Shown: positions 1 to 10,972 of the stretch, in pieces
Layout: every line of letters starts with the position of its first letter
Numbering within the stretch: the stretch's first letter is position 1
Assembly (NCBI GenBank): GCA_963827655.1
Contig: CAWHCF010000034.1
Span: 64,001 to 128,000 of the forward strand
Direction of reading: 5' to 3'
DNA from: an uncultured Acidobacteriota bacterium
GTDB taxonomy: Bacteria; Acidobacteriota; UBA6911
Length of the DNA: 64,000 nt
Program-made: the position numbers and the translations under genes
The notes under the pieces: generated by a model
Databases searched by the model: none
Seen by the model: only the letters and a program-made list of their open reading frames with translations
Told to the model about the DNA's origin: nothing

Positions 1-349
1 TAGTGGTCTTGCCATTTGTGCCGGTAATGGCCACGAGATGGAGCTCTGAAGCCGGATTTCGAAAGAAAACGCCCGAGGCTCGAGCCAGGAATCTTCGCTC
101 ATCCGGGACCCTCAAGGCGGCCGTTTCGGCCGGCACTTCGACGGTGCGCTCGGAGGCAACGGCTACTGCGCCCCGGCCGAGAGCCTCCCCGACGAATTGA
201 GTTCCGTCCGTTTTCTCCCCTTTGATCGCCACGAAGAGGTGCCCGTCGCGGACCTTGCGTGAGTCGTACGAGATACCCAGGATGCGCACCAGAGGATTTC
301 CTTTCAGCTCAGTGCCGGGCACCTGGTTCAAGATTTCTTGCAGCAACAT
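1..349 (-). CDS. murE: UDP-N-acetylmuramoyl-L-alanyl-D-glutamate--2,6-diaminopimelate ligase, 5' part (runs off window)
   Basis: Hand translation of the minus strand gives MLLQEILNQVPG...YDSRKVRDGHLFVAIKGEKTDG...VAITGTNGKTT (Mur ligase P-loop); lies directly after ftsI. Confidence 0.85.
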   Translation of the reverse strand, partial: MLLQEILNQVPGTELKGNPLVRILGISYDSRKVRDGHLFVAIKGEKTDGTQFVGEALGRGAVAVASERTVEVPAETAALRVPDERRFLARASGVFFRNPASELHLVAITGTNGKTT

Positions 350-386
350 CGTCACAGACCAGCGCTAAGACTCAAGAGCGCGCCTT

Positions 387-2531
387 TTATTGACGGGTTG
401 GAACCGAAGTAACAACCTTGCTTCCGTAGGATTCTCCCTTTGTCCTGCTCTCGCCCTCGCCCGCGTGAGCCGAGGGATCGGGCACTGGCTCACGCGCCGC
501 ATCCAACCCCGGGACCTTGCGGTGGCTGCTGAGGTTTCCCCTGGCGAACGTCACGCTGCAGGAGTCGCCCAGAGAAATTCGAGATCCCGGAGGTGGCGCC
601 TGAAATACTGCAATTCCCGAACCAACGGCCCTGACCTGTATTCCGAGGTCCTGGCACCGATTTATGACGGTACGTTTCGCCAACCCTACGAAGTCCGGCA
701 TAAGGATGCTTTCCGACGGAAGATGGAGTGTGATACTCCTGCTGTTCTTGTTGTCGGCGACCAGCGGAACAATCGGTGTCGCGTTAGGTAGAAAATCCTC
801 GGAATGGGCGGAAGCCAGGGTCGGGTCCAGTTTCGGCGCCGGCAGGCTGTTATCAGGAGGCACATTCAGCTGAAGGAGCGCCTCCTGTGTGATTCTCTGG
901 AACACCGGGGCGGAAACTTCTCCGCCATAGATAGCTCCCTTGGGTTCATCAATCTGAACCAGGACTGTGACTCGTGGCTGGGGAAGGGGAGCGAAACCGA
1001 TAAACGAAGACACGTATTTCGTGTTGGAGTAGCGACCGTCGACAATCTTCTGGGCCGTCCCGGTCTTGCCCGCCGCCCGATATCCTTCCAGGGCGGCTCG
1101 GCGTCCGGTGCCCCGTAATACGACTCCCTCGAAAGCCTGGCGCACTGCGGCGGCAGTTTCCGGGCTCATAATCCTGGAACGTTGCGGGGTGGTGGAGCGC
1201 ACCAGATCGCCATTATGATCGATAACGCGGTCGACCAGGGACGGCTTCACGCGATATCCCCCGTTGGCGATGCTGTTGATGGCGACCAGCATCTGCAAGG
1301 GTGTGACGCCAACCTCTTGACCGAACGAGATCGCGCCGATGGAGAGGCCCGACCAGGAACGCCAGTCGCGGACCAGCCCGATGATTTCGCCCGGAAGATC
1401 GATGCCCGAGCGCGAGCCGAAACCAAATTTTCGCAGTGCTTCGTGCAGCCTTTGCTCGCCCAGACGTAAGCCCAGCTTCGCCGCGCCAACGTTGGACGAG
1501 TTCTCAAGAATCTGGGTGAAGGTCAGCAGGCCGTAGGGGTGGTGGTCGTGAAAGACATGACGGCCGATTTTGATGGAACCCATCTGGCAGTCGATGAGTT
1601 CGTCGGGACGCGTCAGTCCCGCCTCCAGCGCGGCTGCCGCCACGACCACTTTGAATGTGGATCCGGGCTCGAACATGTCGGACACCGCGCGATTGCGCCA
1701 GAAGTCAGGGGCGTAGCTGGAGTAAGCGTTGCTGTTGAAATCCGGATAGCTGGCCATAGCCAGAATTCTTCCGGTATCGGATTCCATGACGATCGCGACG
1801 CCCGCAGCGGCTTGATATCTCTGGACACCCGCCGTTAGCTCTCGTTCGGCAATGTACTGGATGGACCGATCGAGGCTGAGGATCAGAGAATGCCCCTGGA
1901 CAGGGGGACGCTCAACGGTTCCTCGGAAAGAACGCCGGCGCGCGTCCACGTTGAAAGAGATCTGTCCGGGCATTCCCTTCAGTTCCTTGTCGTGCTCGAC
2001 TTCAAGCCCTGCGCCCCCGTCTCCGTTCATATTGACGAAGCCTAAGGCGTGCGAGGCCAGCTCCTTACTGGGATAGACGCGCATGCTCTCGTCGACCAGA
2101 TAAATGCCGTCGACATTCAGCGCTTCAATTCGCGCTTCCTCCTTGGGGCTGATCCGCCGTTTGATGACCTGAAAGATCTGGCGCGCTGGATCTCTGAGAC
2201 GGCTCTCCATCCCGTCCGGCTCCATTCCCAGACTGGCGGCCAGGCTGCGTGCAGCCGCCGAAATGTCTTGAATGCGCCGGGGTTCGGCTACGACCGTACT
2301 CACCGTTACGCTGGTCGCTAGTTCGTCCAGACGGCTGTCGTAAATGATCCCGCGGGGTGCCAGGATGGAACGCGTTACTTGTTGTCGTTGCAGGGCAAGC
2401 TGAGTGAACTCGCGGTGCTGAAAAACCTGAAGCTGTACGAGGCGTGCAAGGATCAAGGAACTCCACAGCGTAATGAAGGCTATTACCAGGGCATTTCTTC
2501 CCGGATGCGCTTGGGTCCCTCTCTCCATCAT
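387..2531 (-). CDS. ftsI: Class B penicillin-binding protein FtsI/PBP3 with C-terminal PASTA-like domain
   Basis: EPGSTFK (SxxK), SSN and KTGTAQK motifs; N-terminal TM segment; dcw position. Confidence 0.92.
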   Translation of the reverse strand: MMERGTQAHPGRNALVIAFITLWSSLILARLVQLQVFQHREFTQLALQRQQVTRSILAPRGIIYDSRLDELATSVTVSTVVAEPRRIQDISAAARSLAASLGMEPDGMESRLRDPARQIFQVIKRRISPKEEARIEALNVDGIYLVDESMRVYPSKELASHALGFVNMNGDGGAGLEVEHDKELKGMPGQISFNVDARRRSFRGTVERPPVQGHSLILSLDRSIQYIAERELTAGVQRYQAAAGVAIVMESDTGRILAMASYPDFNSNAYSSYAPDFWRNRAVSDMFEPGSTFKVVVAAAALEAGLTRPDELIDCQMGSIKIGRHVFHDHHPYGLLTFTQILENSSNVGAAKLGLRLGEQRLHEALRKFGFGSRSGIDLPGEIIGLVRDWRSWSGLSIGAISFGQEVGVTPLQMLVAINSIANGGYRVKPSLVDRVIDHNGDLVRSTTPQRSRIMSPETAAAVRQAFEGVVLRGTGRRAALEGYRAAGKTGTAQKIVDGRYSNTKYVSSFIGFAPLPQPRVTVLVQIDEPKGAIYGGEVSAPVFQRITQEALLQLNVPPDNSLPAPKLDPTLASAHSEDFLPNATPIVPLVADNKNSRSITLHLPSESILMPDFVGLAKRTVINRCQDLGIQVRAVGSGIAVFQAPPPGSRISLGDSCSVTFARGNLSSHRKVPGLDAAREPVPDPSAHAGEGESRTKGESYGSKVVTSVPTRQ

Positions 2532-2563
2532 TATTCCATGCCGAGCCAGTTACAGCCCGTTGC

Positions 2564-2989
2564 CTAGTGTGTTGCAGCGACCTTCTCTGAGTCGCCGCCC
2601 GGGCTGGTCGTTTTGGCAAGAGCCAGCTCGGACGAAGCACCCCACTCGATCTCCGGACTTACCGCCGGGATCAACTGATGCGGGCGCAAGGGGGTCATGC
2701 CTAAGAGGTCCCTGGCGATCGTGTCGATACGCGCAGGATCCTTGAGGGTCTCTGTTTCCAGGACGAGCGCCTTTTCCACCCGAAGCAGCGTCGCCTCGAG
2801 TTCCATCAAACGCTGGCTCTGGTAGCCGAGTTCGATAATCTGGCTGCGCTGCCACGCATACATGACCAGAACTCCTGCCAACACTGTCAGAACCAGGGTC
2901 ATGCAAAGAAGTCCGGCCAGGTTGCGTGAGTCGGTCACGCGCTTGATACCGTAGTTTCGAATTTCTATTCCACTTGACCAATCGGTCAT
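2564..2989 (-). CDS. ftsL: Cell division protein FtsL
   Basis: Single TM plus coiled coil, LKDPARIDTIARDLLGM; between rsmH and ftsI; GGAGGA RBS before the ATG at 2989. Confidence 0.8.
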   Translation of the reverse strand: MTDWSSGIEIRNYGIKRVTDSRNLAGLLCMTLVLTVLAGVLVMYAWQRSQIIELGYQSQRLMELEATLLRVEKALVLETETLKDPARIDTIARDLLGMTPLRPHQLIPAVSPEIEWGASSELALAKTTSPGGDSEKVAATH

Positions 2990-3003
2990 GAGCGATCCTC
3001 CAA

Positions 3004-3978
3004 TCAAGACGATCCCGTCGAGGCCTCGACCCGTTCAGCCGCGCGCAACCGGGCGCTTCGCGCTCGCGGATTAGCCTCCAGCTCTGACGGGCTTGGCCTT
3101 ATCGGTCGGCTGGTCAGCGTGGTGGCAAGGATGCGCCGAGGGCAGGTACAAAGCTCTCGGGGCCGGCCGCAGACGCACCGGCCGGAGAGCCTTCGAAGAG
3201 TTTGTTTTACAATTCGGTCTTCCAGGGAGTGGAAGGAAATCACGACAATCCTCCCGCCAGGCCGAAGAAAAGAAACGGCTTCCGTTACGAACTCCTCAAG
3301 TCCGTCCAGCTCCTGGTTTACCGCGATGCGTAAAGCCTGGAAAGTCCGGGTTGCCGGGTGGATAGCCGGATGGGAGCGGGTCTTCGCTGCACCGGTCACG
3401 ATCTCGCCCAGCTGCGAGCTTCGCGTGATCCGGCCTTTTTCTCTCGCGCGGACGATCGCGGCGGCAATACGCCGGGCGAAGCGTTCCTCGCCGTATCGAT
3501 AAATCAAACGCGCGAGTTCTTCCTCGGGCAATTCGTTAACCAGATCCGCCGCCGTCTGGCGCTGGCTTCGGTCCATCCGCATATCGAGCAGCCCTTCCCC
3601 CCGGAAGCTGAAACCGCGCTCCGGCGTCAGAAGCTGGTACGAGGAGACTCCCAGGTCGGCGAGGATTCCGTCCAGCGCCGGCACCGAAAGGTTGTTGAGG
3701 ATCAGGGGCAGGTTTTTGAAGTTCTCGTGGTACAGGCGGACCCTCGCGGAAAAAGCATCGAGCGCTTGCCGTGCCTTTTCCAGCGATTCCTTGTCTCGAT
3801 CCAATCCGATGAGAGTTCCATCGGGCCCGATCTTCTCCAGGATGGCACGCGCATGTCCGCCCAGACCCAGGGTGGCATCTACATAAGTCCCTCCGGATCT
3901 GCACCTTAACAGGTCCAGGACTTCGTGGAGCATTACCGGACGGTGTTCCGTTGGGCCGAGTTCCGATCGGTCGATCAT
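3004..3978 (-). CDS. rsmH: 16S rRNA m4C1402 methyltransferase RsmH (start uncertain)
   Basis: HRPVM, DATLGLGGHA, DLGVSSYQL, HPATRTFQALRIAVN, NPRARSARLRAAE motifs. Confidence 0.96.
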   Translation of the reverse strand: MIDRSELGPTEHRPVMLHEVLDLLRCRSGGTYVDATLGLGGHARAILEKIGPDGTLIGLDRDKESLEKARQALDAFSARVRLYHENFKNLPLILNNLSVPALDGILADLGVSSYQLLTPERGFSFRGEGLLDMRMDRSQRQTAADLVNELPEEELARLIYRYGEERFARRIAAAIVRAREKGRITRSSQLGEIVTGAAKTRSHPAIHPATRTFQALRIAVNQELDGLEEFVTEAVSFLRPGGRIVVISFHSLEDRIVKQTLRRLSGRCVCGRPRELCTCPRRILATTLTSRPIRPSPSELEANPRARSARLRAAERVEASTGSS

Positions 3979-4018
3979 CAAATCTGAGTGAAAGGCTGCT
4001 CGCAGACTACCAGTCAAG

Positions 4019-4459
4019 CTAGAATCCCTGTTCTGCCAGGCGCTCGCGATCCGCGTCGGTCAATGGTTGTTCCTGAAGGCTCCTGCGAATCACCTCGTTG
4101 TTCCAGATCTCGAGGTGGTCGTTCTTCCCGATAACGATTACATCGCCGGAGATGTTTGCGTCTTCACGCAGAGCCTGCGGGATGAGGATTCTTCCCTGGG
4201 GGTCCATCTGGGTTAGGGCGCCATAATAGCTGGTGAATTTCTGAAGCTTGACTTTGGCTGGATCCATGCGGGGGGGTTCTTGAAATTTTTGGGCTACGCG
4301 CTCCCAGACGGGAATCGGGTAAATCTGGGCGCACCGGCCGTCATCGCTCGTGACAAAATAAATGTTCTCTTCGGTATCGGGGAGATCACGTCGGAACTTG
4401 GCCGGAATCTTGAGCCGGAACTTCTCGTCAATTTTCGCGGGATAACTTCCCCAGAGCAT
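4019..4459 (-). CDS. mraZ: Division/cell wall cluster transcriptional repressor MraZ
   Basis: Two SpoVT/AbrB-type repeats (IDEKFRLKIP, MDPQGRILIP); first gene of the dcw cluster. Confidence 0.93.
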   Translation of the reverse strand: MLWGSYPAKIDEKFRLKIPAKFRRDLPDTEENIYFVTSDDGRCAQIYPIPVWERVAQKFQEPPRMDPAKVKLQKFTSYYGALTQMDPQGRILIPQALREDANISGDVIVIGKNDHLEIWNNEVIRRSLQEQPLTDADRERLAEQGF

Positions 4460-4565
4460 AAAATTATCCGCCCACGCCTCTTAACCGTCGCTGACGTGCA
4501 ACCTATGAACCGGATTAAAGGAAAACCCTAAACAGTGGGGAATACGTCCAAGAGACCTCCATAGT

Positions 4566-4589
4566 CCAATTCAGGCCACTTTGGACCAC
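4566..4589 (-). promoter_or_regulatory. Putative MraZ operator (GTGG/TTGG boxes at 10-bp spacing)
   Basis: Minus strand GTGGtccaaaGTGGcctgaaTTGG between the promoter and mraZ, matching the known periodic MraZ box arrangement. Confidence 0.6.
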
Positions 4590-4597
4590 CGGGCGCG

Positions 4598-4627
4598 AGC
4601 ATAAAGGCAGTGGAACTCTTCTGTCAA
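4598..4627 (-). promoter_or_regulatory. Sigma70-type promoter of the dcw operon
   Basis: TTGACA-N18-TATGCT on the minus strand upstream of mraZ. Confidence 0.6.
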
Positions 4628-4792
4628 GTTAAATCTTTCGACTATTTACACTTCTTTGCTGACGGGAGGGCGCGAACCCGAGCCGGTTCTTGCTCGAAAA
4701 CGAGGGCGTCCCGGCAGGTTGGGCTTGCGGATCGCGGGGGTCCAGTCTATAAATCCGCAGTTCAGAACCGTGGGCGGTGATGGGGGTACCCT

Positions 4793-5917
4793 GTGAAGGT
4801 GGGAATCGTCGGCTTTCCTCAGGTCGGCAAAACGACTATCTTCGACTTGTTGACGGGCGGGCACACCGCCTCGTCACCGGGAGGGAAGGGAGAAGCCCAC
4901 GTTGGGGTGGCTCGTGTGCCGGATGCCGGGCTGAAGCATTTGGCTCAAATCTTTCGACCCGAAAAGGTTACGCCCGCAATAGTCGAATACGTGGATCTGC
5001 CCGGGCTCGCGCCCGGAGAGGAATCGGCGGCGAGCGCCCAGAAGGCTCGAGATTTGAGCACTTATCTGAAAAACTTGAAAAATGTTGATGCCTTGGTGCA
5101 TGTCGTTCGCGCTTTCGAGGATGCCGCAATTGCGCACGTGGAAGGATCCATCGATCCGGCGAGGGACATCGCCCTTTTCGAACTGGAGATGATCCTTTCA
5201 GACCTGACGATCGTTGAAAAACGCCTCGAGCGATTAGAGCGAGACACAAAGAAAATGAAGAACGTCGAGCTTGAGGCAGAGCAGGCTGTGCTGTTGAGGT
5301 TCAAGGAGGCTCTGGAAAGGGAGATGCCTCTACGTAGTCTGGAATTGACTCAGGATGAGCAGCGTCGGGTCAAAGGCTTTACCTTTCTTTCGGCAAAACC
5401 CCTCCTCCTGGTCCTCAACCTGGGGGACTCTGACGCCGGGAAAATTCCTCGGGCGGCGCGCGAGTTCAATCTTGAGGAGCAGGCTTCGATGCGCTGCGTA
5501 GCCCTCACGGCGGTCTGTGGAAAAATTGAAGCGGAAATCGCCTCGCTTTCCGATGAAGATGCTCGCGCCTTCATGGAGGATCTTGGTCTTTCGGGAAGCG
5601 GGCTCGCCCGTATTATTGAAAAATCGTACGCTTTGCTCGGCCTTATTTCCTTCTACACGGCCGGAGATCCGGAAGTCAGGGCCTGGACAATTCCCAGGCA
5701 CACTTCGGCGCAAAAGGCTGCCGGCGTCATCCATACCGATTTCGAAAAGGGTTTTATAAAAGCTGAAGTTGTTTCTTTCAAAGACATGATTGAGTTCGGT
5801 TCCTTTCAAGCGGCCAAAAGCAAGGGAGTTCTGCGTCTGGAGGGGAAGGATTACATAGTTCGCGAAGGAGACGTAATCCTCTTCCGCTTTAGTCCAGCAG
5901 CAGGCAGCAGACAGTAA
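4793..5917 (+). CDS. ychF: Redox-regulated ATPase YchF
   Basis: GIVGFPQVGKTT, DLPGL, VRAWTI, IHTDFEKGFIKAEV, EGKDYIVREGDVILFRF. Confidence 0.95.
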   Translation: MKVGIVGFPQVGKTTIFDLLTGGHTASSPGGKGEAHVGVARVPDAGLKHLAQIFRPEKVTPAIVEYVDLPGLAPGEESAASAQKARDLSTYLKNLKNVDALVHVVRAFEDAAIAHVEGSIDPARDIALFELEMILSDLTIVEKRLERLERDTKKMKNVELEAEQAVLLRFKEALEREMPLRSLELTQDEQRRVKGFTFLSAKPLLLVLNLGDSDAGKIPRAAREFNLEEQASMRCVALTAVCGKIEAEIASLSDEDARAFMEDLGLSGSGLARIIEKSYALLGLISFYTAGDPEVRAWTIPRHTSAQKAAGVIHTDFEKGFIKAEVVSFKDMIEFGSFQAAKSKGVLRLEGKDYIVREGDVILFRFSPAAGSRQ

Positions 5918-5981
5918 GCGGCAAGCGGCAGCGCTCTGTTATGCTGCCGGCTGCGCACTGCCCGCCGCCTACTGCCTACTG
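5895..5981. repeat. Inverted pair of degenerate heptamer tandem repeats (GCAG(C/T)AG-type and its complement)
   Basis: cagcagcaggcagcagacagtaagcggcaagcggcag followed by ctgccggctgcgcactgcccgccgcctactgcctactg. Confidence 0.6.
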
Positions 5982-5986
5982 TTCCT

Positions 5987-6730
5987 ATGGATACACGCCT
6001 GGCATCCGTTCTGATCCTCGGCCTGGTAGCCTCGCTGGCCAATCTTCTCGGAGGTTGGCTGGTTTCGTCCCAGCACAGGATTCGGCGGCCCGCGCTAAAC
6101 ACGCTTCTGTCGGTCGGGGCAGGATTCATGCTCGCGGCTGCCATCCTCGAGGTGATCCCTCGCAGCATCGCCCTGAACCAATCGGCCGCGGTCATCATTC
6201 TGGCAGGTTATCTGTTCGTTCATCTTGTGGAACACACCATTGCCACGCATTTCCACTTTGGAGAGGAAACCCATCTCGACCAGATTCTAGGCGCCCGAGC
6301 CGCCTACTCCGCGCTCGGCGGACTGGTGCTGCACACCTTCTTCGACGGCGCGCTGATTGCGGCGGGGTTCTGGGTGTCAATGCACCTCGGGACCCTGCTG
6401 TTTCTGGCGATCTTGTTGCACAAGATCCCGGAAGGCTTTACCGCCGCAAGCATCATGCGCGCTTCAGGTCGGAGCAGCAGGGCAGCCCACCTCGCTACGC
6501 TGGCGATCAGCGTGAGCACCCTGGCGGGGGTTCTGAGCATCGGCTTCAGTCAGAACCTGGTGCGCTCCGCCCTTCCCTTCAGCGCCGGCGTCACTCTGTA
6601 TGTTGCGGCGTCCGATCTCATTCCTGAAGTGAACAAAGAAGCGCGCGGGGCCGTCTCCACAGGAGTGTTTTTCGGAGTGGCTCTCTTCTTCGTCTCTGAG
6701 TTGCTGCTGAGACTCATCTTCGCGGAGTAG
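5987..6730 (+). CDS. ZIP family metal transporter
   Basis: Multiple TM helices; HTFFDG, LHKIPEG, LYVAASDLIPE motifs; His-rich loop. Confidence 0.9.
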   Translation: MDTRLASVLILGLVASLANLLGGWLVSSQHRIRRPALNTLLSVGAGFMLAAAILEVIPRSIALNQSAAVIILAGYLFVHLVEHTIATHFHFGEETHLDQILGARAAYSALGGLVLHTFFDGALIAAGFWVSMHLGTLLFLAILLHKIPEGFTAASIMRASGRSSRAAHLATLAISVSTLAGVLSIGFSQNLVRSALPFSAGVTLYVAASDLIPEVNKEARGAVSTGVFFGVALFFVSELLLRLIFAE

Positions 6731-6774
6731 TCTTTCCGACTTGGTGGTTGGTGTCTGCGCGGCCGGAATTGGTA

Positions 6775-6803
6775 TTGATTTTCGCGGTAGTGGAATCTAG
6801 AAT
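6775..6803 (+). promoter_or_regulatory. Sigma70-type promoter for rplU-rpmA
   Basis: TTGATT-N17-TAGAAT, 27 nt before the rplU start. Confidence 0.6.
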
Positions 6804-6830
6804 TACGCTTTTCTTCGTAGGGGAACGCCT

Positions 6831-7169
6831 GTGTACGCAGTAATCAAGAGTGGTGGAAAGCAATATCGGGTCGCAGAGGGCGAAGTGCTGCGAGTGGAGA
6901 AACTGGATGCCGATTCGGGCTCGCAAGTCGAATTTACCGATGTGCTGCTGGTAAAGACCGAAACCCGGACGTTAATAGGTCAACCCCTGGTCCAGGGGGC
7001 CATGGTTAAAGGAGTGATAGAAGGGGCCGGGAAGGCGGATAAGGTGCTCGTGTTCAAGTATAAGAAGAAGAAACAGTATCGGCGCACGCGCGGTCATCGC
7101 CAGCAGTTCTCCTCGGTTCGAATCGAAAGCATTTCAGTGGGCGGGGATCAGTCCGCGACCACCGATTGA
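6831..7169 (+). CDS. rplU: 50S ribosomal protein L21
   Basis: [14 protein letters not shown]...GHRQ. Confidence 0.98.
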   Translation: MYAVIKSGGKQYRVAEGEVLRVEKLDADSGSQVEFTDVLLVKTETRTLIGQPLVQGAMVKGVIEGAGKADKVLVFKYKKKKQYRRTRGHRQQFSSVRIESISVGGDQSATTD

Positions 7170-7182
7170 CACCGGAGGAGCT

Positions 7183-7440
7183 ATGGCTCACAAAAAGGGA
7201 GTTGGAAGTTCGAGGAACGGACGCGACAGCCAGTCCAAACGGCTGGGCGTCAAGCGCTTCGCCGGTCAGGATGTGACGGGTGGGACGATCCTGGTAAGAC
7301 AGCGAGGAACCAAGTTCAAGCCCGGCCTGAATGTCGGCATCGGCAGGGATGACACCCTTTTTGCGAAGGTTCGCGGGATCGTGAAGTTTCAAGACCGGGG
7401 AAGGCTTGGTCAGTTCGTTCACATCATTGTGGAAGGATAG
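7183..7440 (+). CDS. rpmA: 50S ribosomal protein L27
   Basis: [16 protein letters not shown]...RQRGTKF. Confidence 0.98.
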   Translation: MAHKKGVGSSRNGRDSQSKRLGVKRFAGQDVTGGTILVRQRGTKFKPGLNVGIGRDDTLFAKVRGIVKFQDRGRLGQFVHIIVEG

Positions 7441-7482
7441 ATATTCGGAGACTTCAAGGGCGAGCCTGAGGCTAATGACAGG

Positions 7483-7513
7483 AAGGACCCCGCAGCTGGG
7501 GTCCTTTTTTTTT
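7483..7513 (+). terminator. Rho-independent terminator
   Basis: aaggacccc-gcagct-ggggtcctt hairpin followed by a T-run. Confidence 0.85.
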
Positions 7514-7734
7514 AGAGAGTTGATGGACAACATTTTTTCACCGCAGTAACGCCGGGATTGTGAGATTTACTAATTCTTTTGCCTGCTCTGCGTTCTCTGC
7601 ACGCGCAACTCCGTAGAGGGCAAAGAAAAGACTCTGCGTGACTGTGCGTTCTCAGCGTCTCTGCGGTTCTTTTTCCTTTCGGTTGCGGCCTCACTGCCGC
7701 GTTATGTCTTCGCGTCTAAGCGATCGGCGCATGA

Positions 7735-8748
<1,014 letters not shown>

Positions 8749-8824
8749 CCGGCTGGCAGAAAATGCTGAGCGCCCGGCCTCATCGGTGTGCTAGCATCGC
8801 TCAGGACGACTCGACTTGGGCACG

Positions 8825-9499
8825 ATGAGAATAGGAGTTCTTGGCGGCACGTTCGATCCCATCCATCTGGGTCATCTCCACATCGCTTATAGCGCCCAGA
8901 GACTCTTCGGCCTTTCGCACGTTCACTTCGTGGTGGCTGCTGCGCCGCCCCACAAGGCCGTCGAGCATGTGATTCCTTTCAACCATCGATATGCCATGGT
9001 GGCGCTGGCTACCGCTGGTTTTCCTTCGTTTCTGCCGTCCATGACGGAGCTCGAACCGCCGGCGAGTTCATTTTCCATTCACACCTTGGGCAAGCTGGCG
9101 CGTCCTCGCCGCGGCCCGCGGCCCCGGCTCTATTTCATAGCCGGCGAAGATTCGCTTCAAGATGTGGCCAACTGGCGAGCGAGCCGCGAGCTGCTCATCT
9201 CCTACAATTTTGTCTTCGTTACGCGACCGGGAGTGCGGACCATACCGGCGGAATCCCTGTTGCCGAAAAGGACGGTCGCACGGCTGTGCGATCTGAGGGG
9301 CGTCAAGCCTCGAGAGCTGCGGCGAAAGATCGAGAAGGAACAAGAATCCAAGGAAAATCGGGTGTACCTCATCGACGTGGGAGCGCTCGACATCTCGTCT
9401 ACGCAAATTCGTGAGCGAGCCGTTTCCGGCAAGAGGATCAGTCACCTCGTGCCGGCTCCTATTCACGAATACATACAGAAACTTCATATCTACGGTTGA
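8825..9499 (+). CDS. nadD: Nicotinate-nucleotide adenylyltransferase
   Basis: GGTFDPIHLGH, ISSTQIR; obg-nadD-rsfS-rlmH synteny. Confidence 0.95.
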   Translation: MRIGVLGGTFDPIHLGHLHIAYSAQRLFGLSHVHFVVAAAPPHKAVEHVIPFNHRYAMVALATAGFPSFLPSMTELEPPASSFSIHTLGKLARPRRGPRPRLYFIAGEDSLQDVANWRASRELLISYNFVFVTRPGVRTIPAESLLPKRTVARLCDLRGVKPRELRRKIEKEQESKENRVYLIDVGALDISSTQIRERAVSGKRISHLVPAPIHEYIQKLHIYG

Positions 9500-9502
9500 A
9501 CG

Positions 9503-9895
9503 ATGAAGGAAACTTTAAGAGTCGCCCTGGAGGCGGTTGAGGAAAAGAAGGCTCTCGACGTGGTGATCCTGGACATTTCAAGTATCGCTTCCTTTGCCAG
9601 TCATTTTCTGCTGTGCTCCGGCGATTCCTCACGCCAGATTCAAGCCATCGTCGACGAAGTCGAGAAACGGCTGAAGGACCAGGGAATTCGTCCGAAGCAT
9701 ATCGAGGGGTATCGCAACGCGGAATGGGTCTTGATGGACTACCTGGATCTTGTGGTCCATGTCTTCTCGAAGAATGCTCGGGCGTATTATGACCTGGAAA
9801 GATTGTGGAGAGATGGAAAGCGCCTCGATACCAAGAAGCTTCTCAAGCCCAGACCTGCTGCAAAGAAGCCTGCGAAGAAGGTCAGGCAATCGTGA
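9503..9895 (+). CDS. rsfS: Ribosome silencing factor RsfS
   Basis: EKKALDVVILD, WVLMDYLDLVVHVF, YDLERLW. Confidence 0.96.
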   Translation: MKETLRVALEAVEEKKALDVVILDISSIASFASHFLLCSGDSSRQIQAIVDEVEKRLKDQGIRPKHIEGYRNAEWVLMDYLDLVVHVFSKNARAYYDLERLWRDGKRLDTKKLLKPRPAAKKPAKKVRQS

Positions 9896-10042
9896 GGGCA
9901 ATCTCAGCCAGGTTCGTGGCGTTTCTTCGTGTCTTTTCGTCCTGGTGGTTGCCAAGCCGGCTCTGTTGAATTGGCTACTTCCTTAAAGTAAAATTCGCTG
10001 CTTTGCCGACTGGTCGCGGAGATGTGAGGGTTATCTCGGGCC

Positions 10043-10525
10043 ATGCAGATCAAGATCCTGTGGGTCGGGAAAACCAAAAATGCGGCTATCAAGTCTCTTT
10101 GGACCGAGTATCTGGAGCGGCTACGCCACCTTGTCTCCTGTGAGATTGTCGAGATCCGGGACCTGTCCAAGGTGCGCGGACTTCGAGGCGCGAGGCTGCG
10201 ATCGGCGGAAGGAGCTGTACTCGAAGAAGCCTTGAGCCCTAAGGGCCGGCTCGTGGTGTTAGACGCGAAGGGAAAGGAGTTTAGCTCTGAGGAATTTGCC
10301 CGCTGGTTTCAGAACCAGCAGATCCGGGGAGTGAGCGAAATCGACTTCGTTATAGGGGGCGCCGAAGGTATCTGTGAGGCTCTCTTGAGGCGTGCCCATC
10401 TGACATTTTCTTTGGGCAAGCTGACCTGGACCCACGAAATGGTTCGCGCGTTGCTCCTCGAGCAAATCTATCGGGCATTTTCTATTTTGCGAAATATCCC
10501 GTACCACCGGGGGGAAAGAGAATAA
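10043..10525 (+). CDS. rlmH: 23S rRNA pseudouridine1915 N3-methyltransferase RlmH
   Basis: FVIGGAEG, LTWTHEMVRALLLEQIYRA, PYHR. Confidence 0.96.
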   Translation: MQIKILWVGKTKNAAIKSLWTEYLERLRHLVSCEIVEIRDLSKVRGLRGARLRSAEGAVLEEALSPKGRLVVLDAKGKEFSSEEFARWFQNQQIRGVSEIDFVIGGAEGICEALLRRAHLTFSLGKLTWTHEMVRALLLEQIYRAFSILRNIPYHRGERE

Positions 10526-10881
10526 TGGACACCAAGAGGTTAGATTATTTCAAAGATGTGTTGATGCGGAAGCAGCTTTCCCTGACCGACATGGTCCAGC
10601 GGACTGAGGGTTACGGTCGTGAGAAGGAACCCGATATTCAAGACATGGCCGACATGGCCGTGGAGTCCTACACCAAAGAGTTCATGTTCGGCAAGAGCTC
10701 CGGAGACCGGCATGTGCTCCAGCTCATCCGCGAGGCCCTGGACCGGATCGAAAATAAATCCTACGGAACGTGCGTGAATTGCGAGAATCCCATTCAGCCC
10801 AAGCGGCTTGAAGCTGTCCCCTGGACCCGCCACTGCATCCAGTGCCAGGGTTTGCTCGAAAAGGGTTTGCTGGAAAGCTGA
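10525..10881 (+). CDS. TraR/DksA family C4 zinc-finger protein
   Basis: DMADMA acidic tip; YGTCVNC...RLEAVPWTRHCIQC. Confidence 0.9.
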   Translation: MDTKRLDYFKDVLMRKQLSLTDMVQRTEGYGREKEPDIQDMADMAVESYTKEFMFGKSSGDRHVLQLIREALDRIENKSYGTCVNCENPIQPKRLEAVPWTRHCIQCQGLLEKGLLES

Positions 10882-10964
10882 CCGATTACGGATCGCGGAT
10901 TGCAGAGAGGCGTCAGTGTTCGGCAGGCATGATGCTCAATCGGAAATCCGCAATCTGCCATCGG
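10882..10964. repeat. Inverted pair of heptamer repeats (GATTGCG / CAATC(C/T/G)G type)
   Basis: ccgattacggatcgcggattgcag ... caatcggaaatccgcaatctgccatcgg between the dksA-like gene and comF. Confidence 0.6.
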
Positions 10965-10972
10965 GCAGGTTA